A DNA stretch of 64,000 bases from a virus. The DNA lies in IMG/VR virus record IMGVR_UViG_3300020125_000051, positions 17,008-81,007 of that record. One strand, written 5' to 3'. The translations under genes were made by a program, and so were the position numbers. Within the stretch, counting starts at the first letter, position 1, and each line of letters opens with the position of its first letter. Below are positions 31,724 through 42,428 of this stretch, one piece after another. A model generated the notes under the pieces. It made no database searches and had not been told where the DNA came from. It saw only the letters and a list, made by a program, of their open reading frames with translations.

Positions 31724-33954
31724 TATACATTTCCAATGTATCTCGGTTGTCCACCCATGTTGACAGCATAGGCAAGCCGACGCTGGACAATGGTAGTCAT
31801 TAAAGACTCCATTCTCTTAGCATCCAACTTGAAGATTCTCATTATTTCAGATCTGGAAATTCCATTAGATCCAGCCTTGTTGATTATCTCCAGAATTGAA
31901 TCAACCATACGTTCGTCTTGACTCTTGCCAACTCCATTAACGATCTCACTAGCGTATGTATACCAGTGACGACCATAGTAAATTGCATGTAGTATGTCAT
32001 CTAATTCAACTACTATATCTCCAGTCTCACCCTGACGCGACGCAGCTATTAACAATGCTGCTTTTAGTATTGATTTAGCTAGTCGGTCATACATTGGTGT
32101 TAAATGACTTAATCCTGTTTCCATAGCAGCATTTGTAAGCGTTGTTTCTAATTCGTTGTATCTATCCCATGCCTGTGGGGTTAGCGTTGCATTAAATTCA
32201 GGTTTGATATTAGCAGATCTATTACCATCAGGCATTGCAACTAATCTAGGTGAATTAAAGTTCACATCTAATGTGAATAATTCTTCCTTGATCTTTTCTT
32301 TTTCTTCCATGTTGATTGCTACCGGCGGACCCACAGGACGTACTCTAGTGGGATCAGCCTTAGCGGTAATGAAGATAAATCTTGGTACGAAACCGCTATT
32401 AATGTGTTCGTCATTAAGAATGGATACCATTTTGGTTTTGGTTGCACCAGCATAAATTATGAAGATTGGATTCTTAATGATGATCTCTTCTTTACGAAGA
32501 AGACGCTTTAGATTATCTCCATCATATAGCTTAGTTAGATGTTCTGCCATGCCAGCCATATAATCTTTGTGAGCCATGGCATCTAGCAAACCATTGAATT
32601 CATCACGGTGATAAATCGATGGCTTACCAGTACGATCCTTCATTGCTGAAAGAATACCTTCTGGTGAACCATCGGTACCCATGATGGCATCCGGATTAAT
32701 TTCATAAAGTAGGTTTAAAGCCAACTTCATTGAAGTGGTTTTTCTGGTGAGCGTTGTGTCTGCAACGATCATGAACCACATGTTTGGGATTACAGTTCCG
32801 AATGACGTAGGTAGGCGAACTGAGCCAGAAATGATAGCGCTCAATATGATGAACGCACCAGCTTGGTGATATTGTGGTGCTGAGTCTGTTAAGCTTGATG
32901 CCCAATCTATATATCTTTCGATGAAAGTTTTGCGAGCTTGTACTTTGCGTGTTTCTTCATCACTTATTAAGTCAGGTATTACTGCTGTGGGAGTTGGTAC
33001 TAAATTGTGAAATTCAGCTTCTTTTACAAAGATTTTTTGAACTTCACTCCACATGTTACTTTGTGGTCGACCATCGCGCTTGTATTTATTACACTTGGCA
33101 TCCCACATGATAACGAATGTCTCTTCTTGAGACATTCCAGCTTCAGCACAAAGATTTCCTAGCTTCCATTGTGCTGCACTCCAGTCCTCATCGGTTTCTG
33201 GAACTAAGTCGAATAAGCCAAAGGCTTGTGGATTAAGGGTTCGACGATAGCGCTGGAGAATATCAATTGCTGACTCTTGTGGCAAGTCCTTAGGACTCGG
33301 CATAGAAGCTGTAGTGTGAGCAAGCGCTTTGTACATGGGATAAACGTCAAAATCTTTTGGTCTATATAGTGCAGTATTTGTTGCCTGCACAATGACCATT
33401 GGAGCATTTTGAATATCACCATATTTGTAGTTTGGTGTATATGGGACTCTTAGTAGTTGTGTTAAATCCCAACCGCTACGGTCTGCTCCTTTATTTGCAT
33501 GGAAATAAGCAATTCTCATGCAAATTGATTCGGCTTCATGTGGGTCCATTGGTGACGCTAAACGCCACAGAGCCTGCCATCTTCCAGCACTTGTTTGCAT
33601 TACAATGGAGGCCGGAACTTGCAAGAGATCAGGGCTACATTCGTCTAGGTCCGCCCATAACGATGTGCATTCAGAGACATCGTCCTTCTTGCGTCTTTGT
33701 ACTTTTAGTAGTTGAGGACAAAAGTAGACGTGAGTTAGAGTATTAGCTTTTTCATTGATATCCTCACACATTTCGTGTAGTTGCTCAGGATAATGAAAAA
33801 ACTTCTCTTCGAAACTCCTATCTAAATGGCTTTTATACGCAATACAAACATAGCCAGATTCATCTCCAAATACTAATCTAAAGAAATCGCGCCGACGCTC
33901 TCGTGTAATTTCAACTGCGTCTCGGAAGGTGGAGTATGCTTGCATTTTTTGCAC
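31723..33954 (-). CDS. Primase (RepB-like N-terminus) fused to a helicase-like DUF3987-type domain
   Basis: LWADLD, TS.GRWQALW and LLRVP motifs; C-terminal TRKTT, SPEG, RDEF and GF.PRF. Confidence 0.85.
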   Translation of the reverse strand: MQKMQAYSTFRDAVEITRERRRDFFRLVFGDESGYVCIAYKSHLDRSFEEKFFHYPEQLHEMCEDINEKANTLTHVYFCPQLLKVQRRKKDDVSECTSLWADLDECSPDLLQVPASIVMQTSAGRWQALWRLASPMDPHEAESICMRIAYFHANKGADRSGWDLTQLLRVPYTPNYKYGDIQNAPMVIVQATNTALYRPKDFDVYPMYKALAHTTASMPSPKDLPQESAIDILQRYRRTLNPQAFGLFDLVPETDEDWSAAQWKLGNLCAEAGMSQEETFVIMWDAKCNKYKRDGRPQSNMWSEVQKIFVKEAEFHNLVPTPTAVIPDLISDEETRKVQARKTFIERYIDWASSLTDSAPQYHQAGAFIILSAIISGSVRLPTSFGTVIPNMWFMIVADTTLTRKTTSMKLALNLLYEINPDAIMGTDGSPEGILSAMKDRTGKPSIYHRDEFNGLLDAMAHKDYMAGMAEHLTKLYDGDNLKRLLRKEEIIIKNPIFIIYAGATKTKMVSILNDEHINSGFVPRFIFITAKADPTRVRPVGPPVAINMEEKEKIKEELFTLDVNFNSPRLVAMPDGNRSANIKPEFNATLTPQAWDRYNELETTLTNAAMETGLSHLTPMYDRLAKSILKAALLIAASRQGETGDIVVELDDILHAIYYGRHWYTYASEIVNGVGKSQDERMVDSILEIINKAGSNGISRSEIMRIFKLDAKRMESLMTTIVQRRLAYAVNMGGQPRYIGNV

Positions 33955-34029
33955 GCCTACCCCTTAGTATAAAACACAGCCACCAATAGCTCTAGGTTAG
34001 AGCTATTGATGACTGCGTTGAACTAATTA

Positions 34030-34497
34030 TTATTTAGGAAGAAGAGTATTTCCGCTAGACTTACTCTTCACGTCGGCTGCCTTTTTGAAACCCTTAACCT
34101 CAAAACGCTCTGATAGTTCTGTACCATCATCCAATGTTCTTGCTGGCTGCTTGAATCCCTTAACTACAACTGATTCCCCTAGCAGCTTCTCAAGTGGTGG
34201 AACAGTAAAATCACCAGCGTTAGGATCATATCCAAGTGCCCGCATTAGCTGAGCAAGTGTGTAGAGAGAACCATCAAAAAGCATGATTGAGGAAAGAAGA
34301 CTAGTACCAGCGTAGGCGCCTTCTTGAATGACTAGGGTTAGCTGCCAAAATGGCTTGCCAACATTGGGCTTACCCGGCTTAACGTACTTAATCTTACCAT
34401 CCGTGATATTAACTAAATACTCACCAGATGGAGGAACTTCGCGTACCTTGGAAGTTGCTTCTTCATTAGTAAAATTAACTTTCAATGGCTGTGTCAT
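34030..34497 (-). CDS. DUF669-like ssDNA-binding protein
   Basis: P.GEY.V.I motif; OB-fold size; next to the AAA ATPase. Confidence 0.7.
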   Translation of the reverse strand: MTQPLKVNFTNEEATSKVREVPPSGEYLVNITDGKIKYVKPGKPNVGKPFWQLTLVIQEGAYAGTSLLSSIMLFDGSLYTLAQLMRALGYDPNAGDFTVPPLEKLLGESVVVKGFKQPARTLDDGTELSERFEVKGFKKAADVKSKSSGNTLLPK

Positions 34498-35236
34498 TAA
34501 CCTTTAGTCCTTTGACTGCGTTCCAGATGGCTGACATTGTTGGTTTTTGTATGACCTGAGCTAGTTTGTTAGTTCTATCTTTAGCTACAGTGTCTTGAGT
34601 GGCCCCACACAGTAACGCTCGTATATTATCTCCTTCATGTTCTATGTTGTAGAGATAAGCCACGATGTCTAGGAATCCAGCAACCTCATCGGCCACCTTG
34701 CCTGATAAATATGGCTTTCTTCTTATAGCACCTGTCATTTGATTTCTGTCTGTTTTGCCAAGTGCCGTAAAAATGGTGTTTACTGGTAAATCACGGAAAG
34801 CTCTTACAAATTTGCGGGTTTGCTCAATGTTGATATTCCATTCTCGAATACCAGGAACATCGGCGTCACGCTCTTGATGTTCTTCTACCAGTCTCTTCAT
34901 GATTTTGTCCATTGACATCTTCTGTACCTCAGTAAGACTGTCAATGACAATTGTGTTGAATCCATGATTACCCGCATATAGCTCGTCATACACTAGTTGC
35001 ATGTCTGACCAGGATTTAATTCTTATGGATTCAACATCTGGGTAGAAGTCTTTCAACGATAACATTCCGCCTTCAATGTCAAGGAATAATACCCTGCGCA
35101 TTTCAGGCACATCATCTGATGATCCGGCCAGTGTAGTCTTACCAACACCACTATCACCATATACTAACATATTAAAGTGTGGTGGTTGATCAGATACTTT
35201 TGTAACTGGCAAACCTGCGATTTTAGTCAAAGACAT
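34475..35236 (-). CDS. AAA_24 / Sak4-like ATPase
   Basis: YGDSGVGKTT, LDIEGG, VIDSLTE and AKDRT motifs. Confidence 0.85.
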   Translation of the reverse strand: MSLTKIAGLPVTKVSDQPPHFNMLVYGDSGVGKTTLAGSSDDVPEMRRVLFLDIEGGMLSLKDFYPDVESIRIKSWSDMQLVYDELYAGNHGFNTIVIDSLTEVQKMSMDKIMKRLVEEHQERDADVPGIREWNINIEQTRKFVRAFRDLPVNTIFTALGKTDRNQMTGAIRRKPYLSGKVADEVAGFLDIVAYLYNIEHEGDNIRALLCGATQDTVAKDRTNKLAQVIQKPTMSAIWNAVKGLKVNDTAIES

Positions 35237-35363
35237 CCAATATCCTTAATGTACCATTTGTCCGAATTGGTTGCTTTGTCTGTAATTTTCGTTGAATAGC
35301 TTAGTGTATCACCGCAGGTCAGCCAGCACAAGCCGTCTAGAGATCAGACTTCGTCAATTTTCA

Positions 35364-35516
35364 CTATTCGTTATCGTCGTATTCTTCTTCGTTTTCATCA
35401 TCGTCATCGTCCTCATCTTCTTCGTTATCGAAGTCATAAGGACCGTCAGTATCCTCTTCTAGGTCGAAGTTGTCACTATCGACCATGGTCTTTACGTTCT
35501 CTTCTGGTTCATTCAT
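35364..35516 (-). CDS. Highly acidic 50-aa protein
   Basis: Translated by hand; 28 of 50 residues are D/E and one is K. Confidence 0.7.
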   Translation of the reverse strand: MNEPEENVKTMVDSDNFDLEEDTDGPYDFDNEEDEDDDDDENEEEYDDNE

Positions 35517-36152
35517 TTGGTTTCTTCTTTCTCTTTGTATATTTCTCTTACTGGACGGTGGCCGCAGTCACACCAAGTGCCACCCTTACAACGTACAGGT
35601 TGATAATCATGATCATAATTGCGGCAATGCTCACATACAAAATTCATATCATGATCCCACCATTACTCATTAGTGAGTATTACCTTGACGTAATAAAGTG
35701 TTACATCACTTAGAACGTCTGCATACACATGCTCAACATTAGTAACTCTAAAGGTGCGTCGTGTGTGTCTAATTTGATCTAAGGTTACTAATTCATCAAC
35801 TCTTGGAATTGGTCGATAAATAGAATCCGCACTGATTGGTGTTTTAGCTATTTCATTAAGTTTGGAATTTTCTTTGTCTAATGTGTAAAAGATTATTTGC
35901 ATTAATCAGTTTCCTCAGGTTTTGTTTCCCATGATTCCGGTAGGGTAGTGTCGGGTGAGCCATGTGTTAATGCGCGCCGCTTCAAGATGATCGTAATAGA
36001 GACCACGACAAACGAGATGACTCCAGCAATAAGTCCCGTCCTTAGCATACGAAGCTTTAAGGGCACGGAACTTCCAGTAGGCTTTAAACTTGCATCTTCC
36101 CGATTTTCCATCACACTGCCTCGGCACTTTCAGTTGAGTTACCCATGGCATT

Positions 36153-36620
36153 TCAGAAGCTACTCGCTTCCTCACTACTAAGGTTGAATTCATCTTTTAT
36201 AGATCCATCTGGGTAAAAGATTCTGAGTTTACGTTTTGTTTGTCGAGCATAGTTGATGGTATACCAAGTACCAGAGTGAAGTTTTGGGCTCATACTGTCT
36301 GGAAATGCAAGTAGTCTTTCACAATCATCAACTATAGCTCTATTTCTGGCTAGATATCCACGAGCAGTCATTAAATCATTCGAAAGATCAACGGCTATTG
36401 TTGATAAATAAGTTTTGTTAAGTGGTGGATATCCTATTATCCAAGTATAACCAACACCATTTAATAAAATTGTTAATTCTTCATCTACACCAACACAACA
36501 GCCTTGGCGAAATGTTATTGGTTGTGAATGAATACTTAACACTCCACAATAATTCTCAGCTCCTGAGCGCTGTAGTTGGTTCATACCATGACGAGAACCA
36601 GTAACGCCTAGGTTAATCAT
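36153..36620 (-). CDS. SLOG-superfamily (DprA/YspA-like) nucleotide-binding protein
   Basis: GVTGSR, G...GVD, RN..IV...LLAF and SGTW.TI.YA motifs. Confidence 0.75.
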   Translation of the reverse strand: MINLGVTGSRHGMNQLQRSGAENYCGVLSIHSQPITFRQGCCVGVDEELTILLNGVGYTWIIGYPPLNKTYLSTIAVDLSNDLMTARGYLARNRAIVDDCERLLAFPDSMSPKLHSGTWYTINYARQTKRKLRIFYPDGSIKDEFNLSSEEASSF

Positions 36621-36687
36621 TTTGTTATCCTAAGCACCTTAATGATAAAGTCAAGAATCTTGTTAACGATATAAAGTAACCAAAGCT

Positions 36688-37035
36688 TCATTCCGCACTG
36701 TCCGCGTAATCCTGTGAGATTCCATGTCCAATCGGATTAGCTTTGAAATCACGTTTCTTGACTTCTGTCCAGCGTGATTGAATTACTGTACTAAGATCAA
36801 TGTCTGCTTCATTGGCAACATCACAAATCTTAATAAACACGTCGCCAAGTTCTTTCTTGATTTCTTCTTGCCATTCAGTGTATGAGCCACGAACTTGTTG
36901 GTATTGTTTGAGAATGGCTCGACATAGCTCACCAACTTCTTCCGCTAGTCCTACTACGGCTGACATTGGTGTACCCTTGCCAAAGTTATGTTCTACCCAT
37001 TTTTCTACTTCGAATTGGTAATCTTCAATGTTCAT
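36688..37035 (-). CDS. MazG-like nucleotide pyrophosphohydrolase
   Basis: LAEEVGEL and ELGDV motifs. Confidence 0.85.
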   Translation of the reverse strand: MNIEDYQFEVEKWVEHNFGKGTPMSAVVGLAEEVGELCRAILKQYQQVRGSYTEWQEEIKKELGDVFIKICDVANEADIDLSTVIQSRWTEVKKRDFKANPIGHGISQDYADSAE

Positions 37036-37621
37036 CTTTATCCTTAGGAGCTAACAATGGACGAAGCCTAGCTATTTGATGGTCTGTCAAAGGTGGCGCG
37101 TTATCAACCAACTTCTTGATATACTCATCAATGTCTATTACAGGCTTAGGCTTTGGCTTTGTCACGATCATCCCAACGCTTATTTGTCAGACGCTGAATC
37201 ACGCTTACCACCTGGATCCTTTATATCTTGATCCGTTCTACGTGGATTATCTTTCTTACCATCAGTTCTGGTGTGGTCTGGCTTCGGGTCTTTACTCATC
37301 ATTTCACCTCACAACAAATAAGAGCATTCCAACATACACCACTAGTCCTCCACATCCCACAGTTAAGATGAGAGCAAGTATGAAGGATGCTACGTATTTC
37401 ACTGAGATAGGGATTTTTCTGTCAATGCGCTTAATAACACTTTAACCATAGTAGCTAATGTAGATTCAATGGTTGGGCCAATTGCTTCCCAACCGTTATC
37501 ATTAGTACGGGCATAAGCATACCAATAACCATGCGGATATTGGTTAGATGATGCTGGATCAAAATCTAATTTAAAAGAATTAAATTCTGTCATGTCTTTT
37601 ATGTCATCCTTAACTATAAAC

Positions 37622-38887
37622 TCACTCAGTACTCGCTTCTTTTTCCTCGTAATAATGTAGTTCTTTCTTCTCAAACATTGTACTAAGTGTATACAGGTAA
37701 TCTTCACCCATATTTTGACCTAGACAAGGTTGTCTAAAAGAACACCAAGTACAAGAGAATCGTCCTGGCTGTGGATAAACCCGAGGTTCATCAATCATAT
37801 CTAACGCTTCAAGTGCAATGACCTTACCGGCATTCTCAACTTCAGCTTCATTCTTATGAATTTGATGGCGCTGCGTAAATCCTGGACCTTCACTAGATAA
37901 CCAATGTAGGTATTCATCGTATAGACCCATTTGCCAACCGTTAATATCATGTTTTTGTATTGTCTTAAGCGCTAGTTCTGGCGTGGTCATCGTCAGCTTG
38001 TTGGTCGAGACTAGCCGACCTTTGTAGGCTCGTTTAAGCACCTCAGGTGCTTGTGGGAACGTCTTTTTTATCTCGACGTAGACGAATCCGGCCACGGAAA
38101 TTCCAAGCGTAGATAATGCCCAAATGTAAGAGACTATCTGGTCATCTAGCTGTAGGAAAGAAGCTTCTTGGTCTTCATCTAATAAACGTGCGGTTGTTTT
38201 CCAGTCGACAATCCAGTATCGTCCTAGTTCATCTTGGAATAATGCGTCGAGTCGACCGCCATACGTTACTGGCAAACCTTTCCAATATTTAGAATTTTTA
38301 CCAAGATCCAATAATGTTACAGTTTTACCATTATGATCAATATATTGTATATCCAAATCTTCCTTAGAAGATTCATGTTTAATGAATTTGGTCCAGCACT
38401 GACTACACTTACACCACAATTGTTCATTGGTGTCAGGATGCTTAATAGGAACTTCAAATCCTACTTCAACTCTGATTGGTGTCCAGCGCTTGTCATAGTG
38501 AGGTGACATGTTGTTACAGTAATACCGAATCATGTTCAAGCCTAGATCAACTCTAGTCTTATATGATTCGAGAATTGTCACATCTGGATCTGAATTCATT
38601 TTTTGATAAGCTTTTAGCTGCTTGCTGCATCTCGTGCGAAATGCAACAAGCGCTAAATCAGTCCGAATTTCTAATGGAGACATCCAAGTTCGAGGTTCAT
38701 AGAAAATCTCCATAGCTTCATGGAATGCGACTCCAAACTCCAGTGGTTCCGCTGTTACCTGTGGGTAGTACATGTCACGGTACACCCAATGCCAACGACG
38801 TCGACACGCACGAAAAGCTCGTCGCTCGGATGTATGTATCTGGTGAGTAAGCTTGTTATCAATATACCACTGGATGTCTTGAGTCAC
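37622..38887 (-). CDS. Cas4/RecB-like PD-(D/E)XK exonuclease
   Basis: S...F..CRR, G.AFH, GRLD, VDWKT, Q...Y and C-terminal CTWC.F...C. Confidence 0.85.
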   Translation of the reverse strand: MTQDIQWYIDNKLTHQIHTSERRAFRACRRRWHWVYRDMYYPQVTAEPLEFGVAFHEAMEIFYEPRTWMSPLEIRTDLALVAFRTRCSKQLKAYQKMNSDPDVTILESYKTRVDLGLNMIRYYCNNMSPHYDKRWTPIRVEVGFEVPIKHPDTNEQLWCKCSQCWTKFIKHESSKEDLDIQYIDHNGKTVTLLDLGKNSKYWKGLPVTYGGRLDALFQDELGRYWIVDWKTTARLLDEDQEASFLQLDDQIVSYIWALSTLGISVAGFVYVEIKKTFPQAPEVLKRAYKGRLVSTNKLTMTTPELALKTIQKHDINGWQMGLYDEYLHWLSSEGPGFTQRHQIHKNEAEVENAGKVIALEALDMIDEPRVYPQPGRFSCTWCSFRQPCLGQNMGEDYLYTLSTMFEKKELHYYEEKEASTE

Positions 38888-40239
38888 TAATCTGGCCTTC
38901 CATAATTACCATCAACACGCGGATACAAGTGAACGTAATCTTCCCAAACTCTACCATAATTATTGGTTGACCATAGACAATATTCATCAGGTCTAAGTTC
39001 ATATAGATCAATGAGTTTGACAGCACTTACAAAGTGCTCATCACCATCGTTTCGTGATATAACAAATCCACCATGTAATGCGTACTTAGGCATGTTGCTC
39101 CTAGTTATATTTATGTCATTGCTCACCGAAATGAGCAATCACAAAATTATAACCCTCTTGCTTCTATCCTAATTCTTGCTTGTCCTTCACTACCAAAATC
39201 ATAGTTAATGTTTTCAACAATAAATACAATTTCTGGATAATGCACAAAAGTAAGCCTTTGAAAGATGCCGTGTAGCATGATAATAGGCATTTGATTTGGT
39301 GTTAGTTTCTTTTTCTTAAATGGCCACATCAGTATAACTCACTGTGATCGTCAAACGATCTTGGAGTTTCAATCGGCTCTGAAATTGGCACTACCTTAAT
39401 AAATTCTTGTGGAATGATTTCGAAATTGTCTACGTATTGCAGAGCCTTAACGAAGTCTTCCCATTCGTTTTCGCGAAAAGTAAGTGTACCATTGCGGCCA
39501 TGAGTTGTTAGTTCATCAGTACCAGACCATACATTAACATGTACGTGTCCACCCAATTTTTGCCATCTAAGTCGAAAGTGTGTCATTATTAAGCTTCCTT
39601 ACCTCTATTAAACCAAGCTGTCCTACGTTTAGTTGCTGTTTCAAAAGCGGCTAAACAAGACATTAAATACTTAGCTAAGATTATGTCTGGTGTATCTGAA
39701 AAGCTTTCTCTACTGTGTTTATTAAGTAAGTCTCTAAGCTCTTCTTCAAGAGGCATCTTCAACATCATCCAATTCTTCTATAGTTTCACCAATGCAATCA
39801 TCTTTAGAGTTAGCAGTTTGTGATCTACCGCAAATACTACAAACCCAATTATGTTCGAGTGGAGGCTTATAAGTTTTACGTAGTGCTATTAATATAATAT
39901 CTGTTAGTGGCAACATTTCGTCCTCTGCCACATTTTTATAAAATGATAGTTCTCTTTCGTCAATTCTAAATGAATATACTTTTTTAGTCATCGTCGCTAG
40001 GTTCTCCTGGACACTTAGATCCAATGCTTGAGTACCACATCTGGTCACAATGAAAACACATTGGACCTTCTATTGTAAGAAGATTTTCAGTATCAAAGTT
40101 TTGTTGTGATCTTGCTGGTTCTTCTACTTTGAATACAGCAACAAAAATCCAAAGATGGCGACCCGCGTATTCAGGCATGGTAGCATGAATTTTACGCGGG
40201 TCGCCTCTCTGAATAATTCCTGAATTTGTAATAAAAGCT

Positions 40240-41631
40240 TTATTCATCGTCATCCTCATCTAACTCTTCAAACGTTGGATCGATTTTGGTGTCACCAATT
40301 AGTCGCTTGATCCAAGACCACTTCTGCTGAATTACCTTAATTCGCTTAGCATCAATGGTATCATTAGCGAGAATGTCAATTACTTGGACGGCACTTCGTT
40401 GTCCGATTCGGTGGAGTCGGTCTTCGGCCTGGAGGTTAAGAGCATTTGACCATGACCGATCAATGAATACAACGGTACTTGCCGCAGTAAGCGTAATTCC
40501 AACCCCACCGGCAGATATAGTTCCAGCAAATACTTGAATTTTGCCCTCTTGAAAATTGGTAATAATTCTTGCCCTCTCATCGTTAGGGGTTTCACCAATG
40601 AACTTCCCACAGGTAATACCTTTCTTTTCGAGTCGAGTGGCTAGAAGCTTAATAACTTGGGCAAACTGACTGAAAACTACAATCTGCTCATTAGTTGATT
40701 GAATTATCTCAACTAATGCGTCAATTTTGGCTGAAGGTTCGGACAAAAACATTTTGCCCTTATCTTCATCAAACTCAGCAAATGCGCAAGCAAATTGCTG
40801 CAATCTGGTGAGTTGGGCAATCACCACAGGAGCAACTACAGCTTCATGTTCGTGCTCACCAATCCAAGCAAGCATGTTCTCTTTCATGGAATTGTAGGCA
40901 CGACGTTGCTGTGGATGAAGATCAACTCTTACTTCTGTGTAATACTTTTCGGGAAGGTCGAACAGAACTTCTTCTTTGCGACGACGTACGTAAAAACCTT
41001 CCATTTGCCGCTGTAGTTCTTCGGCGTTGTTCACACCAATAATAGTCTTGTAACCGTTGAAGTTATCAAAGATGATATGGTTGTTGTAGTACTTCCAATA
41101 GCTACTCCAGAAATTCGGATATAGCCAATTCAAAATACTCCAAAGATCATCCGGTTTATCAAATGCAGGCGTTCCGGTTAGTGCTGTCTTGTAGCCTGTG
41201 GGAATTGCCTTCAAATGAACAGATTGCTTCGATTTTCTATTTTGTAATGCATGTGCTTCATCTGCAATAATATGGAACCACTTTACGTCTTCAAGTTCTG
41301 GAATTAAACGTAATGCTGGCCAATGCATAATGAATACATCATAAACATCATCTTCAAGCTCACTAGTGAAGTGAGTACGATCTTTGTTGTTTATAGGTAA
41401 AATTCTAAGATCAGGTGCCCACTGGAACCATGCTTTCGTCCAGGTGGACACCATGGCCAGTGGGCACACGATCAAAGTCTTTAGTTTGTAATTAGGAAAC
41501 TCTGCCCGGCGACGTAAATCAAGTGCAATAGCTTCGTGAGTCTTACCAAGACCCATATCATCACCGATGAGCACAGATTGTACGCGCTGTAGTTTGTTTA
41601 CTGCTTCTTCTTGAAATGGAAAAAGTTTCAT
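40240..41631 (-). CDS. SNF2-family helicase
   Basis: DDMGLGKT, DEAH, LTGTP, GG.GITLT and QAEDR.HRIGQ motifs. Confidence 0.92.
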   Translation of the reverse strand: MKLFPFQEEAVNKLQRVQSVLIGDDMGLGKTHEAIALDLRRRAEFPNYKLKTLIVCPLAMVSTWTKAWFQWAPDLRILPINNKDRTHFTSELEDDVYDVFIMHWPALRLIPELEDVKWFHIIADEAHALQNRKSKQSVHLKAIPTGYKTALTGTPAFDKPDDLWSILNWLYPNFWSSYWKYYNNHIIFDNFNGYKTIIGVNNAEELQRQMEGFYVRRRKEEVLFDLPEKYYTEVRVDLHPQQRRAYNSMKENMLAWIGEHEHEAVVAPVVIAQLTRLQQFACAFAEFDEDKGKMFLSEPSAKIDALVEIIQSTNEQIVVFSQFAQVIKLLATRLEKKGITCGKFIGETPNDERARIITNFQEGKIQVFAGTISAGGVGITLTAASTVVFIDRSWSNALNLQAEDRLHRIGQRSAVQVIDILANDTIDAKRIKVIQQKWSWIKRLIGDTKIDPTFEELDEDDDE

Positions 41632-41650
41632 GGTTGTCTCACCTCCTAAT

Positions 41651-41983
41651 TTATCTTGTTTCCCCTCCGGTTAGTTGCTGTGATAATAGTGCTTGGTTTG
41701 CACGTTCTACAGCCTCATCGGAACGAGGTGGTAGTTTTGGAAAACTTTTAGCTCTATTGGTAGATGGTGGTGGCACTGTACCATCACGATTTACCGTGAT
41801 TACATAGGTTGTGTCGTACCATCTACATCTATTGTTCATGCACCTAAAAGTGTGCAATGTATTGCCGCGTGATCCTGGTTTTACACTCTCAGCTACGCCG
41901 GGAGTTTCACAAATAGGACAACGTCTGGCTTCATCGTATGTCGTGTCCACTATGAGAATGTCCATCCAATTCCGCTGAAACAA
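41651..41983 (-). CDS. Zn-ribbon protein
   Basis: CPIC...C.N.RC. Confidence 0.55.
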   Translation of the reverse strand: MFQRNWMDILIVDTTYDEARRCPICETPGVAESVKPGSRGNTLHTFRCMNNRCRWYDTTYVITVNRDGTVPPPSTNRAKSFPKLPPRSDEAVERANQALLSQQLTGGETR

Positions 41984-42428
41984 TTTTAATCGCAGCTTCC
42001 AAATTAGATACTCTAATTCGAAGATCAGCTAATTCTTGTAACGTTTGTTGCCATTTATTTGGCGCAATCCTCGAATTTGTGGAACCTTGACCTTCTCTAA
42101 AAGCGTTAAACTGTTCTACTGTTGGCTTATAGTGTAGCAGATAAACACTTTTGGAACTAGGTCCACCTCTTTTCAAAGAGGTGAAACAGCGCATTGTATT
42201 TAGTAGAACTGAGGCATCGTTAACAGCCGAACTTGATAATCCAATTTCTTTTGATATACCATTACCTCTAACGTTTCCAATAAAAAGCTGGATCAATTCA
42301 TTTGGATTTTCTACTGGAAATCCATATTCAAGTAGATATTCGGCTTTAACTTCTCTACTGTTAGCAAACATATAGTTTATAATGTCTAATGCATTTCTAA
42401 ATGCAACAGTGGTGCCATCTGGGCTCAT
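41931..42428 (-). CDS. Hypothetical protein with C-terminal coiled coil
   Basis: ORF track; abuts neighbouring genes. Confidence 0.55.
   Translation of the reverse strand: MSPDGTTVAFRNALDIINYMFANSREVKAEYLLEYGFPVENPNELIQLFIGNVRGNGISKEIGLSSSAVNDASVLLNTMRCFTSLKRGGPSSKSVYLLHYKPTVEQFNAFREGQGSTNSRIAPNKWQQTLQELADLRIRVSNLEAAIKIVSAELDGHSHSGHDIR

Noticed and set aside
35513-35662. Cys-rich reading frame behind an in-frame TGA as stop-codon readthrough
   Set aside because: A single case in a tiny ORF; a pseudogene or sequence error is equally likely.
37622-38887. Cas4-like gene as part of a CRISPR system
   Set aside because: It is a stand-alone phage exonuclease within the replication module.
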